A stretch of DNA of 64,000 nt, from assembly GCA_902826885.1 (NCBI GenBank), contig CADEGL010000006.1:2091-66090 (forward strand), in the 5' to 3' direction. Origin of the DNA: an uncultured Alphaproteobacteria bacterium (lineage in GTDB: Bacteria > Pseudomonadota > Alphaproteobacteria > CADEGL01). Position numbers and translations under genes: made by a program. Shown here one piece after another: positions 9,352 to 16,870 of the stretch; the stretch's first letter is position 1, and each line of letters opens with the position of its first letter. The notes beneath the pieces were generated by a model. The model was not told the DNA's origin. It saw only the letters and a program-made list of their open reading frames with translations, and searched no databases.

Positions 9352-9489
9352 CGGCAGTTCTCCCCGGGGACGCCGCGATCGTATCCGCGCCGTGTGTCCA
9401 TTCGTCGCCTCAAGGATGGGTTGCTCCTTGGGCGACAGTCCTCATCTCGCGTTGGTGGCGATAGGAGAAATACCCGCGTGCTTTCGAGC

Positions 9490-10140
9490 TTATTTCGCCG
9501 CCTGGACCTCTGTCTGGACCAGATTGGAGAAATCCTGCGCGGTCAGGGAAGGCAGCGGCTTGCCATTCACGAAAAAGGTCGGCGTTTGCTGGATGTTGGC
9601 GGCCTTTAGGTCGGCGACATCCCGGTCGAGCAGGCGCGTGATGTCCGGCGATGCGGCATCGCTTCGCGCGCGATCGAGATCCAGCCCAGCCGTACCCGCG
9701 ACCTCCCATGCCCGGTTCAGGTCGGGGGCGCCGTGACCGGCCCACTCCGGCTGATAGGTGAGGATCGCTTCGAGAACGGGTTCGTATTTTCCCTGTTTGC
9801 GGGCGGCTTCGAGAATGCGAACTGCTTCGTCGGAACCTTGGTGGAAAGGCGCATATCGAATGACCAGCCGGACATCGTTCGGGTAGCTGCGAAGCAGATC
9901 CTTCACGAAGGGATAGGCCGCGCGACAGGCCTCGCACGAGGGGTCGAAGAATTCGACGATCGTGACCGGCGCGTTCGCAGGGCCGATGACCGGTGCGTCG
10001 GCAGGGGCCAGCACGATGTTGCCCGGGCCGGGTTGGGCGGCCTGGTTTTTCGCCTCGTCGCGCGTATACAGATAAGCGGCCGACGCAAACACGGCTACGG
10101 TAACGAGAACAACGATTGCGACCGTCCGTTGTTTTTTCAT
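9490..10140 (-). CDS. DsbA-family thiol:disulfide oxidoreductase (membrane-anchored or exported)
   Basis: ORF 9490..10368 trimmed to MKKQRTVAIVVLVTVAVFASAAY (ATG 10140). Contains the thioredoxin CxxC as FFDPSCEACRAAYP and QQTPTFFVNGKP (cis-Pro loop). Confidence 0.85.
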   Translation of the reverse strand: MKKQRTVAIVVLVTVAVFASAAYLYTRDEAKNQAAQPGPGNIVLAPADAPVIGPANAPVTIVEFFDPSCEACRAAYPFVKDLLRSYPNDVRLVIRYAPFHQGSDEAVRILEAARKQGKYEPVLEAILTYQPEWAGHGAPDLNRAWEVAGTAGLDLDRARSDAASPDITRLLDRDVADLKAANIQQTPTFFVNGKPLPSLTAQDFSNLVQTEVQAAK

Positions 10141-10574
10141 CGGGCGTCCTTTGTCCGGGTGAGAATGAGGAGAAGGGCAATTGCGGCGAACGCGAAGACC
10201 GATAGGAAAGGGATCGGGACGGCGCCGAAAACCGTCATGTCCGAGCTGGAGCAAGAGGGGCCGCGCCCGCATGGTTCGATGGCTTTGGGAATGATGTCTG
10301 CATACAACAATGCGTGATAGGCGGCGATGCCACCTCCGATCGTTGCCAGCGGCAAGCCGTAGCGCCAAGCGCCGCCATCGTCACGGAAGCAAGCGACACC
10401 CAGGACGATGGCCAGAGGAAACATGAAGGCGCGCTGAAACCAGCAAAGATTGCACGGCGCCTGGCCCATGACCTCGCCGATGAAAAGAGCCCCCGACGTT
10501 GCCGCCAGGGCGATCGCCCAGGCGGCAAAGAGGAAGCCCCAGCGGGAATGGTTTGGAAGCGATGTCGTGGGCAT
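10137..10574 (-). CDS. disulfide bond formation protein B (DsbB/BdbC family)
   Basis: 4-TM protein with a CNLC pair in the first loop and C-x5-C (CGRGPSC) in the second. Its stop overlaps the dsbA-like start (ATGA, 10137-10140). Confidence 0.85.
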   Translation of the reverse strand: MPTTSLPNHSRWGFLFAAWAIALAATSGALFIGEVMGQAPCNLCWFQRAFMFPLAIVLGVACFRDDGGAWRYGLPLATIGGGIAAYHALLYADIIPKAIEPCGRGPSCSSSDMTVFGAVPIPFLSVFAFAAIALLLILTRTKDAR

Positions 10575-10601
10575 GGGGCCGCGCCTTCCTGCAAGATCTT
10601 G

Positions 10602-11156
10602 TCAACCGGGCGCATCACAGGAGTTGCGGCCTCGATCCGCCAGCATTGTCAAGGGATCGATCCGTTTTCCCTCCGACCATATCTCGAAGTGCAGGTTTGG
10701 GCCCGTTGTGCGGCCCGAGCGGCCCGATTTTCCGAGCGCTTCGCCCCGATCGAGATATGAGCCAACGCTGAGCCATTTCGAGAACCGCGCCAAATGCGCA
10801 TAGAGCGTTCGAATGCCATTCGTATGTTCCAGCATGACGAACCGTCCGTATGTGGAATTGCGCCCTATCTTCACGATCTCACCTTCGCCCGCGGCCAGAA
10901 CCGGAGTTCCTACCGGAGCGGAGTAGTCGATGCCTTTATGAAACCCTTTTCCGCCACTCGACGACCGTCTCGGTCCGAACAACGACGATATCTCGTTCCC
11001 GCCAAGCGGCGCGGTGAAACTATCGCAAGTCGCGTTGTCCGAGAGGCGCGGCCTCTCTCCGGCGGCGCCGTTCTCGTTCGCCATCGCGGCCGTGGAAAAA
11101 AAGATGGCGGTGGACAACAGGAAAAAGAAGCAAGGCGATGAAAGGGGCGCGGGCAT
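10602..11156 (-). CDS. M23 family zinc metallopeptidase (exported)
   Basis: Trimmed to MPAPLSSPCFFFLLSTAIFFSTAAMA (signal peptide, ATG 11156). Carries the HxxxD motif FHKGIDY and the HxH-region GPNLHFEIW. Confidence 0.85.
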   Translation of the reverse strand: MPAPLSSPCFFFLLSTAIFFSTAAMANENGAAGERPRLSDNATCDSFTAPLGGNEISSLFGPRRSSSGGKGFHKGIDYSAPVGTPVLAAGEGEIVKIGRNSTYGRFVMLEHTNGIRTLYAHLARFSKWLSVGSYLDRGEALGKSGRSGRTTGPNLHFEIWSEGKRIDPLTMLADRGRNSCDAPG

Positions 11157-11208
11157 GGAACTAAGACGGTTCGGCAGTGGAACGGAAACGGCACCGAAGG
11201 AACAGGGC

Positions 11209-11388
11209 TCAAACGTGTGCGGGTTGAAAGGGTGGGGCATTGGCGCCGTGTTGCCGCTGCTCGGCTTGATCGACCCGCACGATCGTCATGACGAAGAAGA
11301 GTGTCGCGAGGTTCACCAGAACGATCATAAGGGCTATGTTTTTATTGCGTTTGGAGTGAAGCCAGCGCTGGGTTTCTTTGTTTCGCAT
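11209..11388 (-). CDS. 59-aa single-TM peptide (hypothetical, below ORF-track cutoff)
   Basis: Hand translation gives MRNKETQRWLHSKRNKNIALMIVLVNLATLFFVMTIVRVDQAEQRQHGANAPPFQPAHV. It fits the gap between the zinc-ribbon and M23 genes. The SD is weak and GC is lower than the neighbours. Confidence 0.3.
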   Translation of the reverse strand: MRNKETQRWLHSKRNKNIALMIVLVNLATLFFVMTIVRVDQAEQRQHGANAPPFQPAHV

Positions 11389-11423
11389 CGGGTTGATTTG
11401 CCTCGACCGGTTGTGGGCGGCGG

Positions 11424-11708
11424 TCAGTCGAAAAGATCGCGCAGCCAGGACCCGCGCTCGGAATAGTGGCGGCTTTGTCCATGACGGCCGCGACGGTCGT
11501 CGTATTTGGGGTCATGATCCCGATAAGTTGGGACCTGCGGTTGGGACGCCGGCCCCGCCATGTTCCGCTCGATGATTTTGTCCAGTTCGCCGCGATCCAG
11601 CCAGACGCCGCGGCATTGCGGACAGTAATCGATCTCGATTCCTTGCCGTTCCGCCATCGAAAGAGCGGTCTTGCAGGAAGGACATAGCATAGCGGCAGCA
11701 GTATTCAC
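11424..11708 (-). CDS. zinc-ribbon protein (zf-TFIIB-like)
   Basis: CPSC-x16-CPQC four-Cys ribbon with the GVWLDRGELDKI signature, then a charged His/Arg/Asp-rich tail. Starts 18 nt after the ATPase stop. Confidence 0.75.
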   Translation of the reverse strand: MNTAAAMLCPSCKTALSMAERQGIEIDYCPQCRGVWLDRGELDKIIERNMAGPASQPQVPTYRDHDPKYDDRRGRHGQSRHYSERGSWLRDLFD

Positions 11709-11726
11709 GGCGACAATCCTTTTTTC

Positions 11727-13880
11727 TTAGTTGAAACGAAAGCGCATCAGCCTGAGGGCGTTAAGCGTGACGAGAACCGTCGCGCCGGTGTCGGCCATCA
11801 CGGCGATCCACATCCCTGTTATGCCGAAGACGGTGGTCGCTAGAAAGACGCCTTTCGAGCCTAAGGCCAAGATGACGTTGGCGCGGATATTGGCGAGCGT
11901 GGCGCGCGACAGCGCGACAAGTTCCGCGACGCCCATGACGCGATTCTTCAGAAGGGCCACGTCCGCGGCCTCGATCGCCACGTCCGTGCCGCTGCCCATC
12001 GCGATGCCGACGCGCGCCGCGGCGAGGGCGGGCGCATCGTTAATACCGTCACCAACCTTTCCGGCGGGGCCTTGAGCGGACGAGTCGAGCTCCCGCACGA
12101 TTCTGGCCTTGTCGTCCGGCAGAAGCTCGGCGTGGGCTTCGATGCCGAGATCGGCCGCTACCGCTCTGGCCGTCCGCTTGTTGTCGCCCGTCAGCATGAC
12201 ACAGCGGATGCCTAGGCCGGCCAACCGGGCGAGGCCGCTGCGGGCGTCTTCGCGCGGCTCGTCACGCACGGCGATGATGCCGGCAACGGCGTTGCCATCG
12301 ACGAGCACGATGGTCGTCTTGCCGGCGTCTTCGAACTTCTGAATGGCCGTGTGAATATCGTCCGATAGGGCGGTGCGGGTTTCCGCACTGCGCGGATTTC
12401 CCAGGAAGAGATCGCGGCCATCTATCCGTCCGGTCAGACCGTGACCGGCGATCGCCTTGGCGTCCTGCACGACGGGTAGGGCGGCGATTCCCGCTCGACG
12501 CGCGTGGGCCAGCACGGCGGTGGCGATCGGATGGTTGGAGCCCGCTTCCAGCGCGGCAGCCCATTTGAGCGTTTGGGATTCGGACGCGGCGACGCTCTGC
12601 ACATCGGTGACCTTGGGCGTTCCCGACGTGAGCGTACCAGTCTTGTCGAACGCGATCGTGCGAAGCTTGCCGATCGCTTCCAGCACGGCGCCACCCTTAA
12701 TCAAAAGGCCTCGTCGCGCGCCGGTGGACAGGCCTGCGGCGATCGCGGCGGGAGTCGAAATAACCAGCGCGCAGGGGCACGCGATGAGGAGCAGCGCCAA
12801 GGCGCGGTAGATCCAAGTCCCCCATGGTTCGCCCGCGACGAGCGGTGGCGTCACAGCCACCAGGGCGGCGATGCCGACCATGACCGGCATGTAGATACGG
12901 GCAAAGCGATCGATGAAGCGTTGCACGGTCGCTTTCGATTCCTGTGCTTCTTCGACGAGACGAATGATGCGTGCAATGGTGTTGTCTGCTGCCGCTTTCG
13001 TTACCGTGACTTTGAGCACGGCCGACAGATTGACCGTGCCGGCGAATACGGGTTCGCCCGGAGATTTGTCCTTGGGCACGGATTCGCCGGTAACTGGGGC
13101 TTCGTTCACCTCGCTGGCGCCCTCGGCTACTTCGCCGTCGCAAGGGATGCGATCACCCGGCCGGACCAGGACCATCTGGCCCGGTGTCAGGCTTTCGGCG
13201 AGAACTTCACGCTGCGCGCCGCCCTCCAGCAGAAGCGCGGTTTTCGGCGTAAGGGCGCTCAAGGCGCCGATGCTCTTGCGAGCCTTGCTGGCCGCGACGC
13301 CTTCGAGCAGTTCGCCAACGGCGAAGAGGAAAACGACGACGGCGGCTTCCTCGGCCGCATCGATGGCCAAAGCGCCCACCGCGGCGATCGTCATCAGCAT
13401 TTCGATAGTGAAGAAAGATCCCGAGCGGGCGGCAGCAAAAGCGGTTCTGGCGATAGGCAATAGGCCGACCAGCGTGGCAAGTACGAACGGCCAGCGATTC
13501 AAGCTTGGGAACAGCATGCCGAGGACGAACGCGATCGCGAGCAGACCGCCCGCGGTCAGGACGATCCGGCCCTTCGAGGTTTTCCACCAGGGCCGATGCG
13601 GCCGGGGTTCCGCGGGTCGTGCCGCATTGGCCGATGCCTTGCGCCTGACGCTAAAACCAAGTCGCTCGATCGCTTTAATGGCGTGGTCGGCGGAAATGAC
13701 ATCGTCGGCGCCGAAAATCGAGACGCTGCCCCCGGTCACGTTGACGTCGATGTGTTCGACACCCGGCAGGCGGCGGATCGCTGCCTCGATTTTTAGGGCG
13801 CAGCTGGGACAGTCCATTCCGTCGACAGACAGCCGGAGGGAGGGCGGAACGGAAACAGGAAGAGTTCGGGAAACAGTCAT
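11727..13880 (-). CDS. heavy-metal translocating P1B-type ATPase, Zn/Cd/Pb subtype
   Basis: Trimmed to ATG 13880. N-terminal HMA domain (GMDCPSCALKIE), CPC motif (IACPCALVISTP), DKTGTLT and GDGINDAPALA. The subtype markers N-x7-K (NVILALGSK) and ADTGATVLV are typical of ZntA/CadA. Confidence 0.93.
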   Translation of the reverse strand: MTVSRTLPVSVPPSLRLSVDGMDCPSCALKIEAAIRRLPGVEHIDVNVTGGSVSIFGADDVISADHAIKAIERLGFSVRRKASANAARPAEPRPHRPWWKTSKGRIVLTAGGLLAIAFVLGMLFPSLNRWPFVLATLVGLLPIARTAFAAARSGSFFTIEMLMTIAAVGALAIDAAEEAAVVVFLFAVGELLEGVAASKARKSIGALSALTPKTALLLEGGAQREVLAESLTPGQMVLVRPGDRIPCDGEVAEGASEVNEAPVTGESVPKDKSPGEPVFAGTVNLSAVLKVTVTKAAADNTIARIIRLVEEAQESKATVQRFIDRFARIYMPVMVGIAALVAVTPPLVAGEPWGTWIYRALALLLIACPCALVISTPAAIAAGLSTGARRGLLIKGGAVLEAIGKLRTIAFDKTGTLTSGTPKVTDVQSVAASESQTLKWAAALEAGSNHPIATAVLAHARRAGIAALPVVQDAKAIAGHGLTGRIDGRDLFLGNPRSAETRTALSDDIHTAIQKFEDAGKTTIVLVDGNAVAGIIAVRDEPREDARSGLARLAGLGIRCVMLTGDNKRTARAVAADLGIEAHAELLPDDKARIVRELDSSAQGPAGKVGDGINDAPALAAARVGIAMGSGTDVAIEAADVALLKNRVMGVAELVALSRATLANIRANVILALGSKGVFLATTVFGITGMWIAVMADTGATVLVTLNALRLMRFRFN

Positions 13881-13908
13881 ATCGCTTGCCCTTATAGGAA
13901 TGACGCGC

Positions 13909-13939
13909 AATATAAGAGCTATAGCTACTGGAGCTTCAA
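13909..13939 (-). promoter_or_regulatory. MerR-type promoter/operator of the ATPase operon (19-bp spacer)
   Basis: On the minus strand: TTGAAG (13939-13934), then 19 nt CTCCAGTAGCTATAGCTCT, then TATATT (13914-13909). The spacer holds the 10-bp palindrome AGCTATAGCT and an imperfect dyad GCTATAG-N3-CTGGAGC similar to CadR/PbrR/ZntR operators. It overlaps the divergent merR-family gene start. Confidence 0.6.
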
Positions 13940-13942
13940 GAC

Positions 13943-14422
13943 ATGATGATCTCACCTCAAGCAATTGATAATACTAATTTTTCTATCGGCGATTTAGCGA
14001 AGGCGTCTGGTTGTAAGGTTCAGACCGTTCGCTATTATGAACAGATCGGCCTTCTGCCCGCCCCGCCGCGCAGCCTGGGAAACCAGCGCGTATACGGAGA
14101 CGCCCATTTCCGGCGGCTGGCTTTCATCCGCCGCAGCCGCGAACTCGGCTTCACGATCGACATGGTCCGCGAGCTTTTGGGGATGGCGGACACGCCCGAC
14201 CGTTCTTGCGAGATGGTGGATAACATCGCGAGCCGTCACCTTTGGCATGTGCAGGAGAAAATTCGCGCACTGAAGTCCCTCCAGCGCGAACTGAAGCGGC
14301 TGCTGCGTCACGACGGCGGAAAGGTCGCGGAATGTCAGATCATCGAGGCTTTATCCAAGTCTACAACGGATGGCGCTCGTGCATCGAAGCGAGGGGCCGA
14401 CGGCTTGACGCCTGCGCGATGA
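13943..14422 (+). CDS. MerR-family metal-responsive regulator (ZntR/CadR-like)
   Basis: HTH FSIGDLAKASGCKVQTVRYYEQIGLL, a coiled-coil dimerisation helix, and candidate metal ligands Cys in DRSCEM and AECQ. Divergent from the ATPase. Confidence 0.9.
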   Translation: MMISPQAIDNTNFSIGDLAKASGCKVQTVRYYEQIGLLPAPPRSLGNQRVYGDAHFRRLAFIRRSRELGFTIDMVRELLGMADTPDRSCEMVDNIASRHLWHVQEKIRALKSLQRELKRLLRHDGGKVAECQIIEALSKSTTDGARASKRGADGLTPAR

Positions 14423-14666
14423 TCGCGGTCTAGCGGGTTGCGCGTCTTTCGTCCGGGCGCTGCCGTCCAGCGCGTGCTCGGATTGGTCGGGATGCGGAGC
14501 GTCCTTATCCAAAGGCGAGTGTTTCATGCTGCTCTTCCGTATGGAGTAGCGGAGGCATGATCGCGTGAGGATAAAATTATTTTATCGGCGTTAGGGAACA
14601 AAGCGTTGTCTTGCAGGTTATGTCATCCGAGGCCGGCCACGAACCCCCCGGCTCGTTGGTTGGATC

Positions 14667-15122
14667 TCAGAAGAGGGCGGCGTGACGAGCGTCGCCCTCT
14701 TGCTTTACGAACGCGCGTGCGACCCGGGTTTGCCAGATAACCAGCGCCGGAACGACGGCCAGTTCCATTATGAGGCCCGCCACATGCGGCCATGTGGGCA
14801 TGCCGGCTGCGAGCAGAGAAATCAAGCGGGCCAAACCGCCGGTGAAAACCAGCGCGGCGGCCAGCCGGAATAAGGCGCCCTTGCGTTCGATCGAGGGGAT
14901 GGCGGCATAGAAAGCCAAGCCGACGGCGAAGAAGGTCCCGGACAGGAAACGCAGATGACTATCCAGGCTGACCGAGGCGAACGCTTCGCCGCCCAGGAAC
15001 GCCGGCCCCATCAACACCCCGGCCGCGCCCGCGAAGGTCGGGATCAGGGCCAGAACGGCGACGGTGACCTGCAAGAGACGCTTGCTGACGCGGGGCGGCA
15101 TCCGGCTATCTATCCATCCCAT
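14667..15122 (-). CDS. small 4-TM membrane protein (DUF4345-like); true start may be Met8 at 15101
   Basis: Four hydrophobic helices, with LRFLSGTFFAVGLAFY and FTGGLARLISL patterns as I recall for DUF4345. ATG 15122 overlaps the divergent GIY-YIG start (CATG). Confidence 0.55.
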   Translation of the reverse strand: MGWIDSRMPPRVSKRLLQVTVAVLALIPTFAGAAGVLMGPAFLGGEAFASVSLDSHLRFLSGTFFAVGLAFYAAIPSIERKGALFRLAAALVFTGGLARLISLLAAGMPTWPHVAGLIMELAVVPALVIWQTRVARAFVKQEGDARHAALF

Positions 15123-15411
15123 GAGTTGTTTCGTCTATGTCCTTTGGAGCGGCGGCCGGGGCGGCCCCCGCACGTATGTCGGCTGGACCACGGACCTGGA
15201 GCGGCGCCTGGCGGCCCACAATGGCGGCAACGGCGGCGCTCGTTCGACGCGCGGGCGCGTCTGGTTCCTGGTCTATGCCGAACGATATGGCACGCGCGAA
15301 GAGGCCATGAGCCGCGAATGGCACCTGAAGCGCGAGCGGCGCTTTCGCAAGGAACTGGCGGATTCGCTTAAGCCTGTTCCAAAACGCGGTCGGCGGAGGA
15401 AATCCGAATGA
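15121..15411 (+). CDS. stand-alone GIY-YIG nuclease-domain protein
   Basis: Trimmed to MSCFVYVLWS...TYVGWTTDLERRLAAHNGG...REEAMSREWHLKR, which carries the GIY/YIG, Arg and Glu core motifs. Its stop overlaps the SDR start (ATGA). Confidence 0.85.
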   Translation: MSCFVYVLWSGGRGGPRTYVGWTTDLERRLAAHNGGNGGARSTRGRVWFLVYAERYGTREEAMSREWHLKRERRFRKELADSLKPVPKRGRRRKSE

Positions 15412-16166
15412 AGGTTGTCGCGATCACGGGCGGCGGACAGGGGATCGGCCGGGCCACGGCGTTCCACTTCGCCAAGGCCGGCTATGCCGTCTCCATCGCC
15501 GACGCGGACGCCGCAGCGGGGCGCGAGGCGGCCAAGATCCTGCGCGAGACGGGCGCGCCCGCGTTCTTTCTGCGCACGGACATATCGAAGGAAAAAGACG
15601 TGGCTGCGTGGATGAAGGCGACCGTACGCGCGTTGGGCCGTCCCGACGTGCTGATCAACAACGCCGGCTTTTTCCGCAACGGGCCGTTCTTGAAATTGAA
15701 GCCCAGGGATTTTGACGCGGTGATCGCCACCAATCTGCGCGGCGCGTTTTTGTGCAGCCAGGCCGCGGCACGCATCATGGCGGCGCGTAAAAAAGGCGGC
15801 GCCATCATCAACATCGCCTCGACCCGCGCCTTCATGTCGGAAGCCAACACCGAGGCCTATACGGCGTCCAAAGGCGGCATCGTTGCGTTGACCCACGGCA
15901 TGGCCATGAGCCTCGCGCCCTATCGCATTCGCGTGAACTGCGTCAGCCCCGGCTGGATCGAGGTGCGCGACTGGAAACTGTCCAGCCGGGCGCGGGCGCC
16001 GGTCCATTCCAAGAAGGACAAGGCGCAACATCCGGCGGGGCGCGTCGGCCGGCCGGAGGACATCGCCGAGGCTTGCCTCTATCTGGCCGACCATGCCGGG
16101 TTCGTGACCGGCCAGAACCTGACCGTGGATGGCGGTATGACCATCAAGATGATCTACGCGGAATAG
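15408..16166 (+). CDS. short-chain dehydrogenase/reductase (SDR)
   Basis: TGGGQGIG Rossmann motif, NNAG, and the catalytic S...YTASK. Confidence 0.9.
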   Translation: MKVVAITGGGQGIGRATAFHFAKAGYAVSIADADAAAGREAAKILRETGAPAFFLRTDISKEKDVAAWMKATVRALGRPDVLINNAGFFRNGPFLKLKPRDFDAVIATNLRGAFLCSQAAARIMAARKKGGAIINIASTRAFMSEANTEAYTASKGGIVALTHGMAMSLAPYRIRVNCVSPGWIEVRDWKLSSRARAPVHSKKDKAQHPAGRVGRPEDIAEACLYLADHAGFVTGQNLTVDGGMTIKMIYAE

Positions 16167-16205
16167 GCTGCTATAACCCCCGGCCAGAAGAAACAGGGGG
16201 GCCAT

Positions 16206-16847
16206 ATGACCGTTACTTTCTTTCGTGCGCTCGCTATTGCCGCCGTTTCGTTCGCGGCGCTGACCGTGCCCGTCGCGGCGCAGCAGGCCACGCCGCAAGA
16301 CCAAGCCATCCTGGACTCGCGCTACAACGCGCTCGACCAGCGGCTGAATCCCGAATCGAAGGCGCTCGACGCCAAGGACCCCTGGACCTTGTCGCAGCAC
16401 GACGCGGCGACCTTGGCCAACATGGCCAACGAGTACATGAAGGGCGGCGATGCGCTGGCAGCCTATGTGCTGTCGAAGGACGCTTCTCTGGCCTATGAAA
16501 ACCAGGATGGGCAGGAGCGCTGGAAGCCCGACGCGACCTATGCGCAGGCCCAGCTGGCCTTCGCGCGCGCCTATCAGCAGGTCTTCGACAAGGACAAGGA
16601 GTTCGCCCTGGCCGAGGTGCGCGGTTACACCGTCACCGACCTCAACACCGGCATTCAGGCGCGCATCGTCCACGCATATTTGAACGCGCTCGGCGCGCCC
16701 TTGGCGCCGGCCCTGCGCCCGGCCGCGGTGACCGAGTGCAAGGTGGCCCAGAAGAAACTGGGCGAGTTCCTCTCTAAGGCGCCGGCCACCATGCCGGCGC
16801 CGGAGCGGAGCTACTACGACAAGCGCCTCAAGACGGACTGCAAGTAA
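16206..16847 (+). CDS. exported hypothetical protein
   Basis: Signal peptide MTVTFFRALAIAAVSFAALTVPVAAQQ. The mature part is helical with two Cys (TECKV, TDCK) and no recognised domain. Confidence 0.65.
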   Translation: MTVTFFRALAIAAVSFAALTVPVAAQQATPQDQAILDSRYNALDQRLNPESKALDAKDPWTLSQHDAATLANMANEYMKGGDALAAYVLSKDASLAYENQDGQERWKPDATYAQAQLAFARAYQQVFDKDKEFALAEVRGYTVTDLNTGIQARIVHAYLNALGAPLAPALRPAAVTECKVAQKKLGEFLSKAPATMPAPERSYYDKRLKTDCK

Positions 16848-16870
16848 CCGCCGGGCCAATCCGGGGGATC

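Noticed and set aside
14351-14527. 58-codon minus-strand ORF (MKHSPLDKDAPHPDQSEHALDGS...) with a GGAAGAG upstream.
   Set aside because: Its second half overlaps the 3' end of the MerR-family gene, and the sequence becomes Arg/Ser-rich shadow. No recognisable family. I mention it only as a possible small gene in the odd intergenic region.
15120-15123. CATG in which the ATG of the minus-strand membrane protein and the ATG of the GIY-YIG gene overlap.
   Set aside because: It is probably an artefact of taking the longest ORF. The membrane protein more plausibly starts at Met8 (15101), which leaves a short divergent spacer.
15273-16859. 528-aa minus-strand ORF.
   Set aside because: It is an antisense shadow of the SDR and exported-protein genes. 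Its composition is Arg/Gly/His/Leu-rich with no motifs. This is typical of high-GC DNA.
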